From: Paraspadella gotoi
Lineage: Eukaryota; Animalia; Chaetognatha
Assembly (NCBI GenBank): GCA_051294375.1
Contig: CM119270.1
Span: 11,528,141-11,592,140 of the forward strand
DNA: 64,000 bases
Direction of reading: 5' to 3'
Part shown: piece after piece, positions 29,379 to 42,366 of the stretch
Layout of the letters: every line of letters starts with the position of its first letter
Position numbering within the stretch: the stretch's first letter is position 1
Translations under genes and position numbers: made by a program
The notes under the pieces: model-generated
Database searches by the model: none
Told to the model about the DNA's origin: nothing
What the model saw: the letters and a program-made list of their open reading frames with translations, nothing else

Positions 29379-29714
29379 CCCACTTCCCTACACCTCTTCT
29401 ATCGCCCAAGGATGCTCGGAGGCGAGATAAAAGACGATGGGGCAGAGGGGAGATTGCGAAAGACCGGAACAACTACAACATCAACGACAACGATAACAAC
29501 AACGACAACAACAACGTCAACAACAACAATAAGAACAACGACAACAATAACAACAACGACAACAACAACGACGACAACAACAACGACGACGACCACAACG
29601 ACGACAAAAAAGCCAAAAACGTGGCTAAATTTAGTTCGGATGGAAAGATGTCAATGGAGAATGTTGTTGGACATCAGTGGCTTTGGTCGCGCAAGACGCG
29701 AGCGAGGATTCTGA

Positions 29715-29818
29715 GATATTGATCGCAGGTGATGCAGTGATGCAGTGATGCAGTGATGCAGTGATATTGGTCGCAGGTGATGCAGTGATGCAGTGGTGCA
29801 GTGATATTGGTCGCAGAT
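29715..29818 (+). repeat. Compound tandem repeat: (GTGATGCA)n blocks separated by GATATTG(G/A)TCGCAG
   Basis: Three GATATTG.TCGCAG units separated by runs of the 8-mer. Confidence 0.8.
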
Positions 29819-31685
29819 GTTTTCTAGATGCACTCAATAGGTGAAACAACGATAACGATGCTTCCAATTCGAGGAGGTACCAAATTTTAGATATTTTCCG
29901 TATATCTTTATACTGATTTTAATAAGTTTTAAATTCAGTTAATATAAAATAAATATCCACTCACTAATTTTTTTTTTTAAATATCAACTCTAACGAATTT
30001 TGCGCTGCGCTTCGTTTGCTAATTCCCCTCATTCAAACGCGCACCTGGGATAAAATTAACTAAAAAAAAAAAAAAACACAGACACTTGAAAGACTAAAAA
30101 AAACATAGGCACGAGGGAAAGTCGAGGAGAAAAAAAATTTAAAGGGAAAATAAAAAGGAAAACAAAAATAAAAACAGCGAGCGACATCGTTTGAGAGGCG
30201 ACGGTGATAACATCACGGGTTAATTAAAACTGGAGACACGAGCGGACGAAGAGAAAGACGACGACGACGACGACGATGATGATGACAGTAATGATGAGGT
30301 AATTAACGTTAAGACAATTGAAGAGGACAGAAAGAACAACGGAAAACTTAACGAATAAAAAAATATTCTTGGGATCCTGATGACAAAGACGAGGAATGAG
30401 GAATGACAATGACGTCGACGACCAATGATTCTGATGTTGAGCAACGGTCGCACCTGGCAAAAGAAAGAACTAGCACAAACCTTCATCTCACCGCTACGAA
30501 AGCGTCTTTCAACAGCCTAATTGATTCTAATCTACGACTAACATCGGACAATTTCTTATAATTGCTAATGAATACGACAAGCCTTCGAGTTGTTCCATCA
30601 ATTTTATCCCTCCCGATCAAGACCCTTCCTTTCTTTTTACGATCGGGCAACAACAACAACAACGACAACGACGGAAACAACAACGACAACCGCCAGAACG
30701 ACGACGCGGCTCCAGACGACGTTGTTCTTGTTTGCAGTAAAAACATCCATCGAATCTCATTTCGTCTTCGCGCGTTTATCTTTTTTCGCACTAAATCCTC
30801 TAATCACCTCACACGCTCACGGGCAAGCGGGCTCACGTGCTCTGTGGCTCACGGGCTCACAGAATCGCGAGCTCACCAGGTCCCCATTATGGCATTACCG
30901 TCTCCATTGCAATGCAACGTCGATCAAGTCGTCGGCGCCATCGTTGATTGGGTCATCAACCTGATACAATGCGACGCGTTGCTCTCACAACACCCTTGTG
31001 ATTGCATTGTCACAATATTCCATTGATTGCGTTTCATTATCATATTGATACTTATTATTCTCCTGTTCACGTCACATTTAACGCTGTATTTTTAAACTCT
31101 CACATTCCCTTCAATGCATTAACAAATACACATTAACTCTTCAATCAAAACGAATGAGATTCTTAATATAAGGCTGGCTCCGCCGTTGCGACACTTTTAT
31201 CGAATTACAATGTGTTGATTATGAAGCCGAAAATGATTTTCCCGCGAATGATTATAGTTGAAAAATAATTTACTATACGATTAAGTGTTTACATTGTTAC
31301 AATTGGTATGGGTGGAAATACGAATTGGAATCAAAATCTAGATTTATATTTGTGTTTTAAATTTCGTTCACGATTTGATTAGAAAAGAAAATAAAATATG
31401 TTTGTTTACAATGTACAGCAATGTTCTCAAGTAAATAAAACAATTTTTATTTGTAATTATATTTTGATTTGGAATAAGATCTAGACGAGATATTACGCGG
31501 GCCAATTCTTAGCAGTTTAAACATGTTTAAACTTTCGCGCAGTTTCGGGGAAGAGAACTATAAGTTCACCGCAACTACGCCCTGCGGCGGTCTTCGCCGG
31601 GGATTTCATTCCCGGCAAATCCCCGCCCCAATTCTGACGGGGACGAAAAAATGGCCCATCCTCTCTTTCTCTCTCTCTCTGTCTC

Positions 31686-31742
<57 letters not shown>

Positions 31743-32687
31743 ACTCTCTCTTTCTGTTTCTCTTTGTCTCTCAAAAGTTCCTTATATTTTAATATATTTT
31801 TAATTACTACAGAAATATTAATAACAGAAAAAGTAAGAAAAAAAGAATGACAAAAATAAAGATATAAAAAAAAAAATGAAAAAAATAAAATAAGAAAGAA
31901 AAAAAGAAAGAAAGAAAGAATTACTAATTATTATTAATTGAAATTGTTATTATTGATTAGTTGGTTAATATGTTTGTTTTAATTCCCTCTCTCTATCTTC
32001 TCTGATTGATTGATTGATTGATTGATTTTGACCCACTTAATAAAATATTTTTTTTAAACTTTTCGTGAGGAATTCGAATCTGCTTTTAAAAATAAGAAAA
32101 AAATATTTTAAAATTTCGACATTTTCTATGGTGAGTACTATGTATAATTATGGGCGTATGCAAAAATTCAAAAATATTTTTTTTTTATTTAAAAATATTT
32201 ACAGGTGTTCGTGATCGTTCGTGATCTGCTATTCGAATTTTGATTCCACTTGATTTGTATATTTTTGCTATGCTTAAGAATAGTAGACAGAGAGAGAGAA
32301 AGAAAGTGAGAGAGAGATAAAAAAATAGAAAAAAATTAAATAGAGTGAGAAAGAGGATAGAAATAGAGATAAAAAGAGAGAGAAAGAGAGACTGAACAGA
32401 GAGAGAAAGATATATATGAAAATAAAAAAAAGAGAGAGAGGTAAAAAGAGAGAGAGTGAGAGAGAAAGTAAGAGAGAGATAAAATAGAAAAAAGAAATAG
32501 AGTGAGAAAGAGAGAGAGTTAAAAAATAGAAAAAGAAAAAGAGAAAGGTAGACAGAGAGAGAGAGAGATAAATAAAATAGAGGATTTAGGAATGAATCTA
32601 AATGCAAATAAATTATTTATTTTTAAATTAGGATCGTAATGACATCGCAGGAGAATCAATTAAAATATTTTGTATAACAATGGACTC

Positions 32688-33107
32688 TGTTAGAAGAAGT
32701 TTCCGTCTCTCTACGCCGCTCCAAGTAATATCAGTTGCGTCCAGGAAAGGCTCGGCTAAATTACCGCAACCGACAAGGCATCCCACTGACTCTATATCAT
32801 GAGTATAATCTCGAAGACAATGTAGAGAAATCATAAGTTAAATCCGAAGTATAATTCTAAGAAATGGACATCAATAATCCGACATATAATCCAGTAATAA
32901 TTCGTTTAAAGCCAGCTGAAATGCCGTAGGAAAATGGTTAAAAATACGAGGGAAAATCGTTCCAAGCGAGCGGAATCTATCAAAACTGGAATTCGTGATC
33001 CAAAGTCTGACTGCAGGTTGACCGGGGGAGAAGAGGAGAGAGCTTGAGAGAGATATCTCAGTCTCTCCGGTCCACAAACTATTCTGTGGGCCACTGGTTC
33101 TCTTTCA
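32688..33107 (-). repeat. 3' LTR
   Basis: TGTTAGAAG...CTCTTTCA. Aligns along its length with 37049-37480. Confidence 0.88.
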
Positions 33108-33124
33108 CCCCACCTCACTTTTTC
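33108..33124 (-). other. Polypurine tract of the LTR element
   Basis: Plus-strand CCCCACCTCACTTTTTC lies directly inside the left LTR and reads GAAAAAGTGAGGTGGGG on the minus strand. Confidence 0.75.
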
Positions 33125-35099
33125 AAGTGGACCACAAAGGGCCACACAGGACCAGTGGTCAATCAAACTGGGTTCTCAATCAATCAATGTTTCCCTCGGT
33201 AATGGCTACAAGATTCAAAATCTAATGACTAGATAAAGGTTTGACCAAAAAAACTAAAAAAACCACCATGATCTGTGTGAAAAACTAAAAAAAGGGGCCA
33301 TTTTCCCGTTTCGGTTTGACGCCTATGATTCCACATTTCAGGCTTCCATTCGTGGCGCTCCTTTTTGTTCAGTTTGAAGCTTCCTCCAGAGGGCCCCGGC
33401 GATGTTGCTGTCTTTGAATCCGCATCATGGCACCGGGCTGCCTGTCGTTTCTTCGCGTCGCGTCATAGTTCAATTTGCTTTCTTTAAAAGATAAGGTTAA
33501 TGGCGAAACAAAGCAGCAGTCTTTGTTTTCTAAAATGTTTTGTTTCAATCATTCAAATCAATTCATTTCAAATCAATCTTGTGTTCATGTCAAACCAATT
33601 AAATTACAAAATATTTCATTTCTAAACCAAAATCACACTCCCCCCGTTAATTCTTTTCCGGACGTCCGCCTGACGTCGGCCGTGGTCTGCGTGCTTCTTT
33701 TGCTTCAAATTTTGCTCGTTCCAGCTCGTGATATAGGGGAGTCATACATAGAAACGATCTGATAAACTCAAAAGACAGTGCAGGGGAAAGGAAAAGATGT
33801 AAAAATTAATAAAGATTTACAATATCTTTTATACATGAAACTATGTTAATGTTATATTTCGTTTTTCAAAAAATTTATTCTAAATATCCCCTTTTATGGA
33901 GAGTTATCTCGTTCTAAAAAAATGAAACATTCATTTATGGCCTAAATAACGTCTCACCTCTGTGTTTAAGTCAATATGGAAATTTTGATCCTTTCAGTCA
34001 CAAAATATTCGGACAATGCTTAGTGGCAGCTCATACTTTTCAATTAGGGATGATAACCCAGTCTGTTGTCAAAGGTCTAGTAATTCATTCAAGGGATACA
34101 ATCATTGGATGATGATTTCCAATCAGGGATAAATTTTGATAATCCAATCAAAATCAAAAGGTTCTTCCAATTCTTTGAGGTTCCTGATTCCTGTAGTTTC
34201 ATAATTCATAAGAAACCATCAAAATGTTTTATCACAGAAGGGTTCAAATAACTTCCCCACGCCATGGCATTGAAAGATAATTGTCGTAAACATGTAAAAT
34301 TTCAACCATCCATGAACGGTAAACAGCCACCAAAAGTATTTTTTTTAAATAAAATTATTCTTATTTTACTTGTTTATATTTAATGATACTAATGAATCTT
34401 AGAAGCACCTATCTACGGCCCCCGAATAGATAAGCATTTCATAAATAAAATAGATATTTTTAATGAAATAGAAAATTACAACTAAAATTATAATTAATTT
34501 CATTCATTAATTAATCATCACATTTCATTAATCATCACATTTTAGCGGCCATGTCCAAAATTGAACCTTCCTCATTTCATACGGCTGCAACCAAAAATGA
34601 TTGCATCGCCGTCCGTAGCCAAAGGTTCCATTGCTGGCTGCTAAGCATTCATTTGACAATGGTCGCCTGCAGAATTCGGCTGACTGTTGCCGCGTGGTCG
34701 CCTCCTGAAATAGGCTGCGGTGCCGGCAGTCGCCTCCTGAATTTCCTGCGTCGCCGTAGTTGGAATTTTTGGCTGCGTGGCGTCGATCCCCATGCCTCCT
34801 TCTAAAGAGATTAGGACATATAAGATCAACGCTCGCCTCTGCTTTAAACGGAGTGATGAGCCAATATTTTGAGTCTTCTTAAAATAAATTCTTTTGGTTT
34901 CAATAGTCTAGTTTTTCCTTTAACTTTTATGAAATCTATGAACGATTATTTGCGAAAAATCGGCTGCGTTGCGCTCGGCCGCCTTCCAAAGAATGGCTGC
35001 GGTTACCGGGCGGCCGCCTCCTGAGCTCCTGCCGATCATAGTCGTCTGTTGAATAAGGCTTAAATGGTATGGTTTCTATGTTCCTAGTTGGACAATGCA

Positions 35100-36297
35100 T
35101 TCCCTAGTATGGATGGCAATGTGCCTAACAATTTTCTTCTTGCTTAGTGGAATTGGACTTGACATGTTGAAGCCCTCCCATCAAAATTCTTATTCTTTCT
35201 AATTCGTGTTTTTGTGCTTAATTGGACATCACCCAATTAAGAAAGCTCATCAAAGGTCAAAACCACACATCACATAAAACTATGATCTCGTCCCTATTGC
35301 GAACTCGTATCATAGTTACTATTTTCCTCTATCCTCCTTCCTATCACACTCCATAGCCCCCAAACTGATTGGCAGTTCTTTTCTGTTTTTTCTTGTTCTT
35401 GTTGTTTGTCTTTAAATACATCATGAAGGAATTGGATGATGTCTTGTCCGGCATCTTTGCATATTTCTTGTGAATGACAATCTTGCAAAGATGCCTTTTC
35501 TGACACATTTAAAACACAATTCCTTTCCTTGTATGGCAAAACATTTGCCTCTTGATTTGGAATCAATTTTCTTTGAAAGCTGATGCAACTCTCTATATAA
35601 TGTTTTTCTTTTGCCAATGATAGAGACACATGCTGTTTTTTACCATACCTGTTTTTTCAGTTTGCAATTTGATTGTTCTTTTTCCTTTTTCGGTGGAGAC
35701 GAAGTGCCATGAAATTCGGGTTTCAACATTCACAACTGTACCGCCCAACCATTGAGGGTTCTTGGGCGAAGAAAAGCAATAGTATTTGGTGGGTTCAGAT
35801 GTATTATCGTTCGCCCCCACCACTTAAGAATGGGTGCAGAGAGAAGATGCTCGAATTTTTCTTTTCTTTCATTTTCGATGTTCTTTCTTTTGTAGAATCG
35901 AGTTCTTCTCTGAGTTGCTTAATTTCAAGTTTCAATAATTTTCTTTTATTTTCAATATAAGCCTCAGAGACAGCTCTTTTGATCACGTCACAATATTTAT
36001 CTGGTTCTCTTCAAATTGGGCAAAACTTCAGTCTTTCAGTTCATCAAAACTATATTTCCAAGCATAATTCATCTGCTCTAATCTTTCAAAGAATAGAGCT
36101 TGACTGAATAGTCACAGAGGAGTTTTGGAACTAGAGGAAATAGAAGCCCAATTCATTTTTTCATCTTTCACTAACACACTTTCCCGTTCCTTGACTTTTT
36201 CTTCTGGAGCTTGGGTCCCTCCAGAATAGACTAGGGCCTCACCAATGGTCTCTGCAGAAAGAATGGTTGTCATCTGGGAAGAGAGTGTTTGCGCCAT
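35100..36297 (-). pseudogene. Frameshifted gag-position ORF of the LTR element (coiled-coil rich)
   Basis: Chain of co-oriented, non-repetitive ORF fragments at 36297-36112, 35986-35804, 35823-35593 and 35629-35294, about 750 nt downstream of the PBS. Contains charged helical segments (KRKLLKLEIKQLREELDSTKE). No diagnostic motif recognised; the 3' boundary is approximate. Confidence 0.5.
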
Positions 36298-37036
36298 TTT
36301 TGCATCTTCTTGCTTTGAGCACGAAGGTTACTTGAAAAGTTTCGTGAAGCTAAGGTTGGTTTTTCTTTGAGGCCCAGTTTCACGGTATCAGCGAAATCAA
36401 CTTTCCAATGTCTGCAAACCGCCTTTCGTAATACCGTTAGGGCGTGCAATCCTTTGCTTGTTCAATTACGTGTTAAATCATTGAGGGACATCCGAAAAGA
36501 GAAAAACGAAAAAGGAATTAGGAAAAGTTTTAAAAAATATCAAACAAAATCAAAGATCAGAAATCAAATTCGAATTATTCAATCAAACTATTTAATTCCA
36601 AATTCCAAATCATTGATAAAATTAAAGTGTTATAAATAAAATAAGCGTAAACTCTCTAATTTTAAACGTTTCAATAATCATTGTTATCGGTATTTATTTT
36701 ATTCTGTTCAATTCTTTAAAATTTAATTTTGTTTTCGTAATTTTCGTAATTTCTGCAAGAGTGATCATAGAAATCAATCAATCCAAGAAAACCCAATCAT
36801 GTTAAAAATTCGAATTCAATTTCTAATAATTAATCAATCATTTAATCAGCATGAATCAATCATTCAATCTCAAAATAAATCAATTCATTCTATCATATCC
36901 GACAATCACTTGACTCTTCCGTGCTTAACGTCCCGTTGCTTTGTAGAAAGGCGTGACCCATCTGCAATTCAGACGTTAATTTCTAAATCAAACTGAATCA
37001 CCTGAGAAGCGATTGCTTGTTTCCGAATGGGAAAAT

Positions 37037-37048
37037 CCATTTTCCTAC
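37037..37048 (-). other. Primer-binding site complementary to the element's own LTR (candidate self-priming PBS)
   Basis: Minus-strand GTAGGAAAATGG directly follows the 5' LTR. Its complement lies within the LTR on the same strand: plus GTAGGAAAATGG at 32926-32937, with an indel variant at 37293-37306. Confidence 0.65.
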
Positions 37049-37480
37049 TGTAGAGAATTTTTCCGTCTCTCTACGCCGCTCCAAGTAATATCAGTTGTCC
37101 AGGAAAGGCTCGGCTAAATACCGCAACCGACAAGGCATCCACTGATCTCTATATCATGAGTATAATCTCGGAAGAACAATTGTAAGAAGAAATCATATGA
37201 GTAAATCGAATGTATAATTCTAAGAAATGCCATTTCAATAATTCCGACATTATAATCCAGTAATAATTCGTTTTAAAGCCAGGTAAAATGCCGTAGGAAA
37301 AATCGGTTAAAATACCGAGGAAATATCGTCCAAGCGAGCGGAATTCTATTCAAAACTGAATTTCGTGATTCCAAAGTCTGGACTGATGTGTTGACCGGGT
37401 GAGAAGAGGAGAGAGCTTGAGCAGAGTATCTCAGTCTCTCTCGGTCCACAAACTATCTGTGGCCACTGGTTCTCTTTTCA
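37049..37480 (-). repeat. 5' LTR
   Basis: TGTAGAG...CTCTTTTCA. Same sequence as 32688-33107 with many 1-nt indels. Confidence 0.88.
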
Positions 37481-38037
37481 GGACTCCCCATGAATAAACA
37501 GATCTTTAGTGATTTGTGGCGGCGATGGGCTTCAAACGTTAATTCCCCATCAAAAATAGTGCGGGGATTCCCCGCATGGATAAGGCAGAGGGCTTCAAAC
37601 AGTGATCCTCGTAAAAAATAGTGGCCGGGATTCCCCAAACAGGCAAAAAAAAAAGTTTTCGTGAACAGAAAGAGGCGCAGTTCAACTGTCCCCTTATAGG
37701 CAGTTCAACTGCGCCTTATTGGACGGCGTCATACTGATCTAGACTTATAGTTACAACGGGCTGAATCTTTCAGTACGTATGATAAAATTGTACCGAGACT
37801 CGTTCGCCAACAAATCAAAAAAAAAAAATAAAAAAAAAAAAAACTCGGATATCCGAGACTCGGAGGCGCAAAAAGACAATCGCTTTTCGGTCGGAGAAGA
37901 GGCAAATCAGGCGCCCGGCAGATAAACATAATGACAATAGTATATTTTTCTTTGGCAGTTCGAACGAGGAGAGAGAGAGAGAGGGAGAGGGAGGAGGGAG
38001 GGAGACGGAAGGCGGAGGAAATTAAATCGAGTAGTGT

Positions 38038-38105
<68 letters not shown>

Positions 38106-38602
38106 TAGAGAAAAGAGAGAGCTGAGGGAGCAGAGTCTCCTTTTTCCTTCATTCTTCCCTTCTTCTCTCCGAGGCTCAATTCCAATTCCGTCTTTAACGG
38201 GAACGCTGGGACTGAATGAACTCAATGAACGGACGGTTGGCTTTTGTGAAAGCGAGGACTTTCGGGACTTTCTAGAGAATCGTTTTAAGGGGAGAGAGAA
38301 CAACGATTTTAAAAGTTGTGGGGGGAAAGAAAACAAGTATTTTACGAGTGGAGTGAGGGGGGAGCTGAGAAGAGGAGAAATAGTTTGAAATGGGGGGGTT
38401 TGGAACAGAGGAAGTGGAGGGAAAATTTCATATCTCAATATGGAGGGGCCTCGAGCATACAAAGTAGAAGATAAAACATCGTACAGTGTAATATGAGTCT
38501 AGGACTTCTAAGGAGAAAATAAACTTACAAAAGAGTAAAGAATAAAGGAAGAATTTTAAGAAAAAATTGTCTTAATCAAAGAGCTTAGATGGGTTCCCAC
38601 CC

Positions 38603-38667
<65 letters not shown>

Positions 38668-39589
38668 AGCAACCTCTTAAAATTTATTTCCGAAAATAAA
38701 TTCAACTTATTTAGTTGATAATGATTAATTATTTTACCGAAATAGAAAATGTTTACGGAAGAAAATGCCTATAAGCAATAAAATTACTAAAAGATCGTCA
38801 CTCTTTATAAACGCGGACAAGTGTAAAACGACAACTTTTATTTGTCGGATTGATTTAGCGTAACGAAATCGTCATTAATCACTAGTTATCTCCGCAACAT
38901 AATTGGGATTAAACGATTAAGGCAGTGCGAGGCTTCGACATTTGTTGAATAAATTAATTTTTCTCTTTCCTCGAGAAATCTCGAGTGAAAGAAGTGAAGA
39001 ATTTTTCATCTCCAAATCATCAGATCAGGAAAAAAATATTGAGGAAAAACGATTGTTCATCGGAATCCATTTCCAAAATTATTTTTGGTCCTTCTCTTTT
39101 TTCCTTCCTTTCCTGCTTCTTCTCTTTTTACTCGTTTTATCTTTTCTTTAATCTTCTTTCTTTTCCTCCCTCTGTCTTTTCTCGAATTAACTCTTTACTA
39201 GTTTGTTATAGTATCACAACTTTATACTAGATGCTATCCTACGTTACCTCTTAACTTTTTATGTCTTCTCTTCGATCTTCTTCTTCTTTTTCTTCTTCTC
39301 CTTTTTCTTCTTCTCCTGAAATCTTCATCTTCAAACCTTGATCTGAAATCGGATGGTTCTCCTTCATCGGCTCCTTTTCCACCTGCTGCGCTTCTCACTC
39401 CAGTTTTTCTCCTCATCCTCCCGTTATTTACCAAGAACGCCCCATTTTGTCTTAAATTCGGAATTGGGTTATTATTTTACCTAAAGATTAGGTATGGGGT
39501 TAGGGTTAGAGATTTGGTTAAGAATTAAGATAGGGAACAAGGTTAGAGACTTGGTTTGTGATTCGGGTTAAGGAATTTGGTTAAGGACT

Positions 39590-39832
39590 TGTAGTTGGGC
39601 ATTGCATAAGTTCACCCCGCTTATAACCCTGACACCTTTGGTCGTGACCCGGTGGCTCATTGAAAAAAGCCATCAGCTCATGACCACTAGGTACCGGGTT
39701 CTATTGAAGACGCCCATAAGACCCTTTGAGGGCCTGAAAAAACCATCAAGCCTGGTTCCAAGTCCAGCACACGTTCCATTGCTGCAGAAGGGGCAAAGAA
39801 GTTACGGATAGTAGTCTTTAGCCCACTTAACA
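39590..39832 (-). repeat. Dispersed repeat B (longer copy) within a GGTTA-rich tract
   Basis: 39731-39829 matches 25566-25627. Weak terminal inverted similarity TGTAGTTGGGC / GCCCACTTAACA. The left boundary is tentative. Confidence 0.5.
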
Positions 39833-40425
39833 ATTAACACCTTATCCGCAGTATTTGGGGTTAGATATTAAGGTTAGAAATTCGGGTTAAGGGTTAAGGT
39901 TCAGGATAAGGTTTAGGTTTGGGAGGTTAGGGATTAAGGTTAAGGATTGCTTAATCAGTTTATGAACATATTAAATATTAAGTTAAAATTATATTCTGGG
40001 ATAAAAGAACAGAAATGGAAAAGAGAGAGCCCCCCATCTTTGTCTAGTTTCTTTGTCCTAATTTCTCTAGTCCTAGCTGTAGTGATCTGGAGGTTTTGAT
40101 AGATTAAAATACAATCATGCCTTTCATGCCTTTCATGCAGAATGTCTTCGATCATACCTTCCCAACGATTTCATTCATTAATTCCCTGTTAGGTTATCAC
40201 TCATCCTCGTTGTAACAATCTCTATCTTCCCCATCTTTTCTTCCGTTCACTTACCCTCCATCGATTCATTCATTTCCCCGGGCAGAAGACTGGATGTCGT
40301 CTGCTTAATTGATTTCTTTCTCAGCGAAGAATTTCAATGATTTTATTTCCTTTCTGCAGAGACCGAAGACACACACGCACACACACAAAAGTCAAAATCT
40401 ATTATTCATCTCTCACTTTGTGATT

Positions 40426-40484
<59 letters not shown>

Positions 40485-40488
40485 ACTC

Positions 40489-40613
40489 TATGAAATTGGT
40501 ACAACCAATATGACAATTATCCATTCATTTAATAAATAAGCTATCTTGCCCCTGACTTTGGACAGGCTTTGGTGGTTTAAGGCCTCCATCACTCTTACAA
40601 GCTAATGACATAG
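40489..40613 (-). repeat. Dispersed repeat A
   Basis: Near-identical to the reverse complement of 47778-47890 and similar to 15492-15602. Confidence 0.8.
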
Positions 40614-42366
40614 TATTCAATCATAGCTTTCAAAACATAGCTTTCAATCTTCAATCTTCAATCTTACTCACAAACAATATCTCATTTTTAGCTCTTATCC
40701 CTTGTTTTTCATACAAACATAAAAAATGTAATCAATGCCCATGTTCAGAGACAGGCTGTCAAGAAAGGAATATATCCTAAAAGAAAAAAGTAGAGATTTA
40801 CATCATCCTCAAAACGGAGAACCTACCCAGTACCCATTCGATTTATTCGAGGCTCTCTTGTTTCCTTCTTTGTAATAAAAAGTCAAGCCAAAAAAAAAGA
40901 ACAAGAAATAAGCATCTAGTCGCGAGAGGCGCTGCGTTGTTTTTTCTAAAAAACGGGCTCGCCTAGACAGAACCAAAAGCGAATTCGGGCGATGAAAGGG
41001 AGAAACAGGAAGAGATTTTTCTTCTCTCGGCGGGTGGCTGGTCTCGCTAATGATTTCGTTGAAACTCTTGTCACTTTTATTTTCGGAAAAGTGCTTTCGT
41101 TCGTGCCCGCCGCTCTTTCCTCTCTCTCTCTCTCTCTCTCTCTCCCCCCTGCTCTCTGCAGTCTCTGTCTCTCATCTCTCTCTCTATCCTGCTCTCCGTT
41201 CTCTCCTTCTCCTCTCTCCCTCTGAGCTTGAGAATAAAAAACGCGGAGATTACCCTGGAGACGCACGGAAGAAATCGTTTGCATAGATTTGCTCACCATT
41301 TTTCTTTCTTACTCTTTTATTTTTCCAACTTTTTTATTCTTTTTTATTTTTTACTCTCCATATTTTTCTCATCCTTCCTCTTGTTCTGTCCCTCCTTCCA
41401 CACTGGCGTCGCATATGTTTGCTCGTTTCTCGGGGGCCAGTTCCTCTCTCTCTCTCTCTCTCTCTCTCGCTTTCTTTCTATCCCTTCTCCCCTTCTCTCT
41501 CTGTGTGTTTTTTTAACATTCATTTTTACTCGTTGATGCAATACGTATATATTCAATTTTAATTTTTGACGTATATATTTTAAATTTTAATAAACGTGTA
41601 AATAAATTTCTTAAAATTTTGAAAAATATGGAAATTTGAAAATACTTTGCTTTCTCTAAGGAAATTAAGTTTTAACTTAGAAAAAAACAAACTTTCGAAT
41701 CATTTAATCTTAGCGAAATCAAAGCTATCAGGAAAAAAAAATGAAATATTAAGTATTAGTCCTACTTGTTTTTATTTTGTTTTTTGTTTTCTTTTTTTTT
41801 TTGCTTGATTTTGAAAAATAATTAGTATCTTATTTTCTTTCTTATCCTTCTTAAAGTTAAAACTCAAAATTTTGTTCTACTTTTTAGTTGCGCCGCGAGT
41901 ACTCGCGGAGCAACTCTATGAGTCACTTTTCAGTCGGTCTGTCCGTCGGTCGGTCGGTATGTCTGTCCATCAGTCTGTCCCACTAACGTTAAAAAATTCA
42001 TATAATTTGTCTATAGTTGGTTGGTCTTTGGTTAAGATAGAAAAAACCTCAAATATAAAGGACTGCAAGCGCCGCTTCCAGGAAATCCTAAGACTATAAA
42101 GAATAAAAGACGGAATTTTGATGCAGTACACAGGCTAAGAAAGTTATTGTAGTCATGAAATCATGTTATATCACGTCATGTCATGAGAAATACACGGGAT
42201 AAGGCAGTCACTGCGGCGCAACACATTTGAATTATCGTTCTTGTTTATGAAGAACTAAAAATAAAATAAAAATTTAAAAAACGGATAGAGAAAAAAAATG
42301 AAAAGAAATAAAACGCGAGGACGACGACGATATCTTGGTTGGGCGTGGCATTCTCGATGTATATAA

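Larger units (their letters stand above)
32688..37480 (-). mobile_element. LTR retrotransposon, non-autonomous or degenerate, 6-bp TSD
   Basis: Two ~420-430 bp direct repeats with TG...CA ends. Identical flanking hexamer GGACTC at 32682-32687 and 37481-37486. Purine tract GAAAAAGTGAGGTGGGG on the minus strand abuts the left LTR. No RT or integrase ORF is visible. Confidence 0.88.

Noticed and set aside
39590-39832. Solo LTR call for repeat B
   Set aside because: TG...CA-like ends are present but there is no target-site duplication, so it is left as an unclassified repeat.
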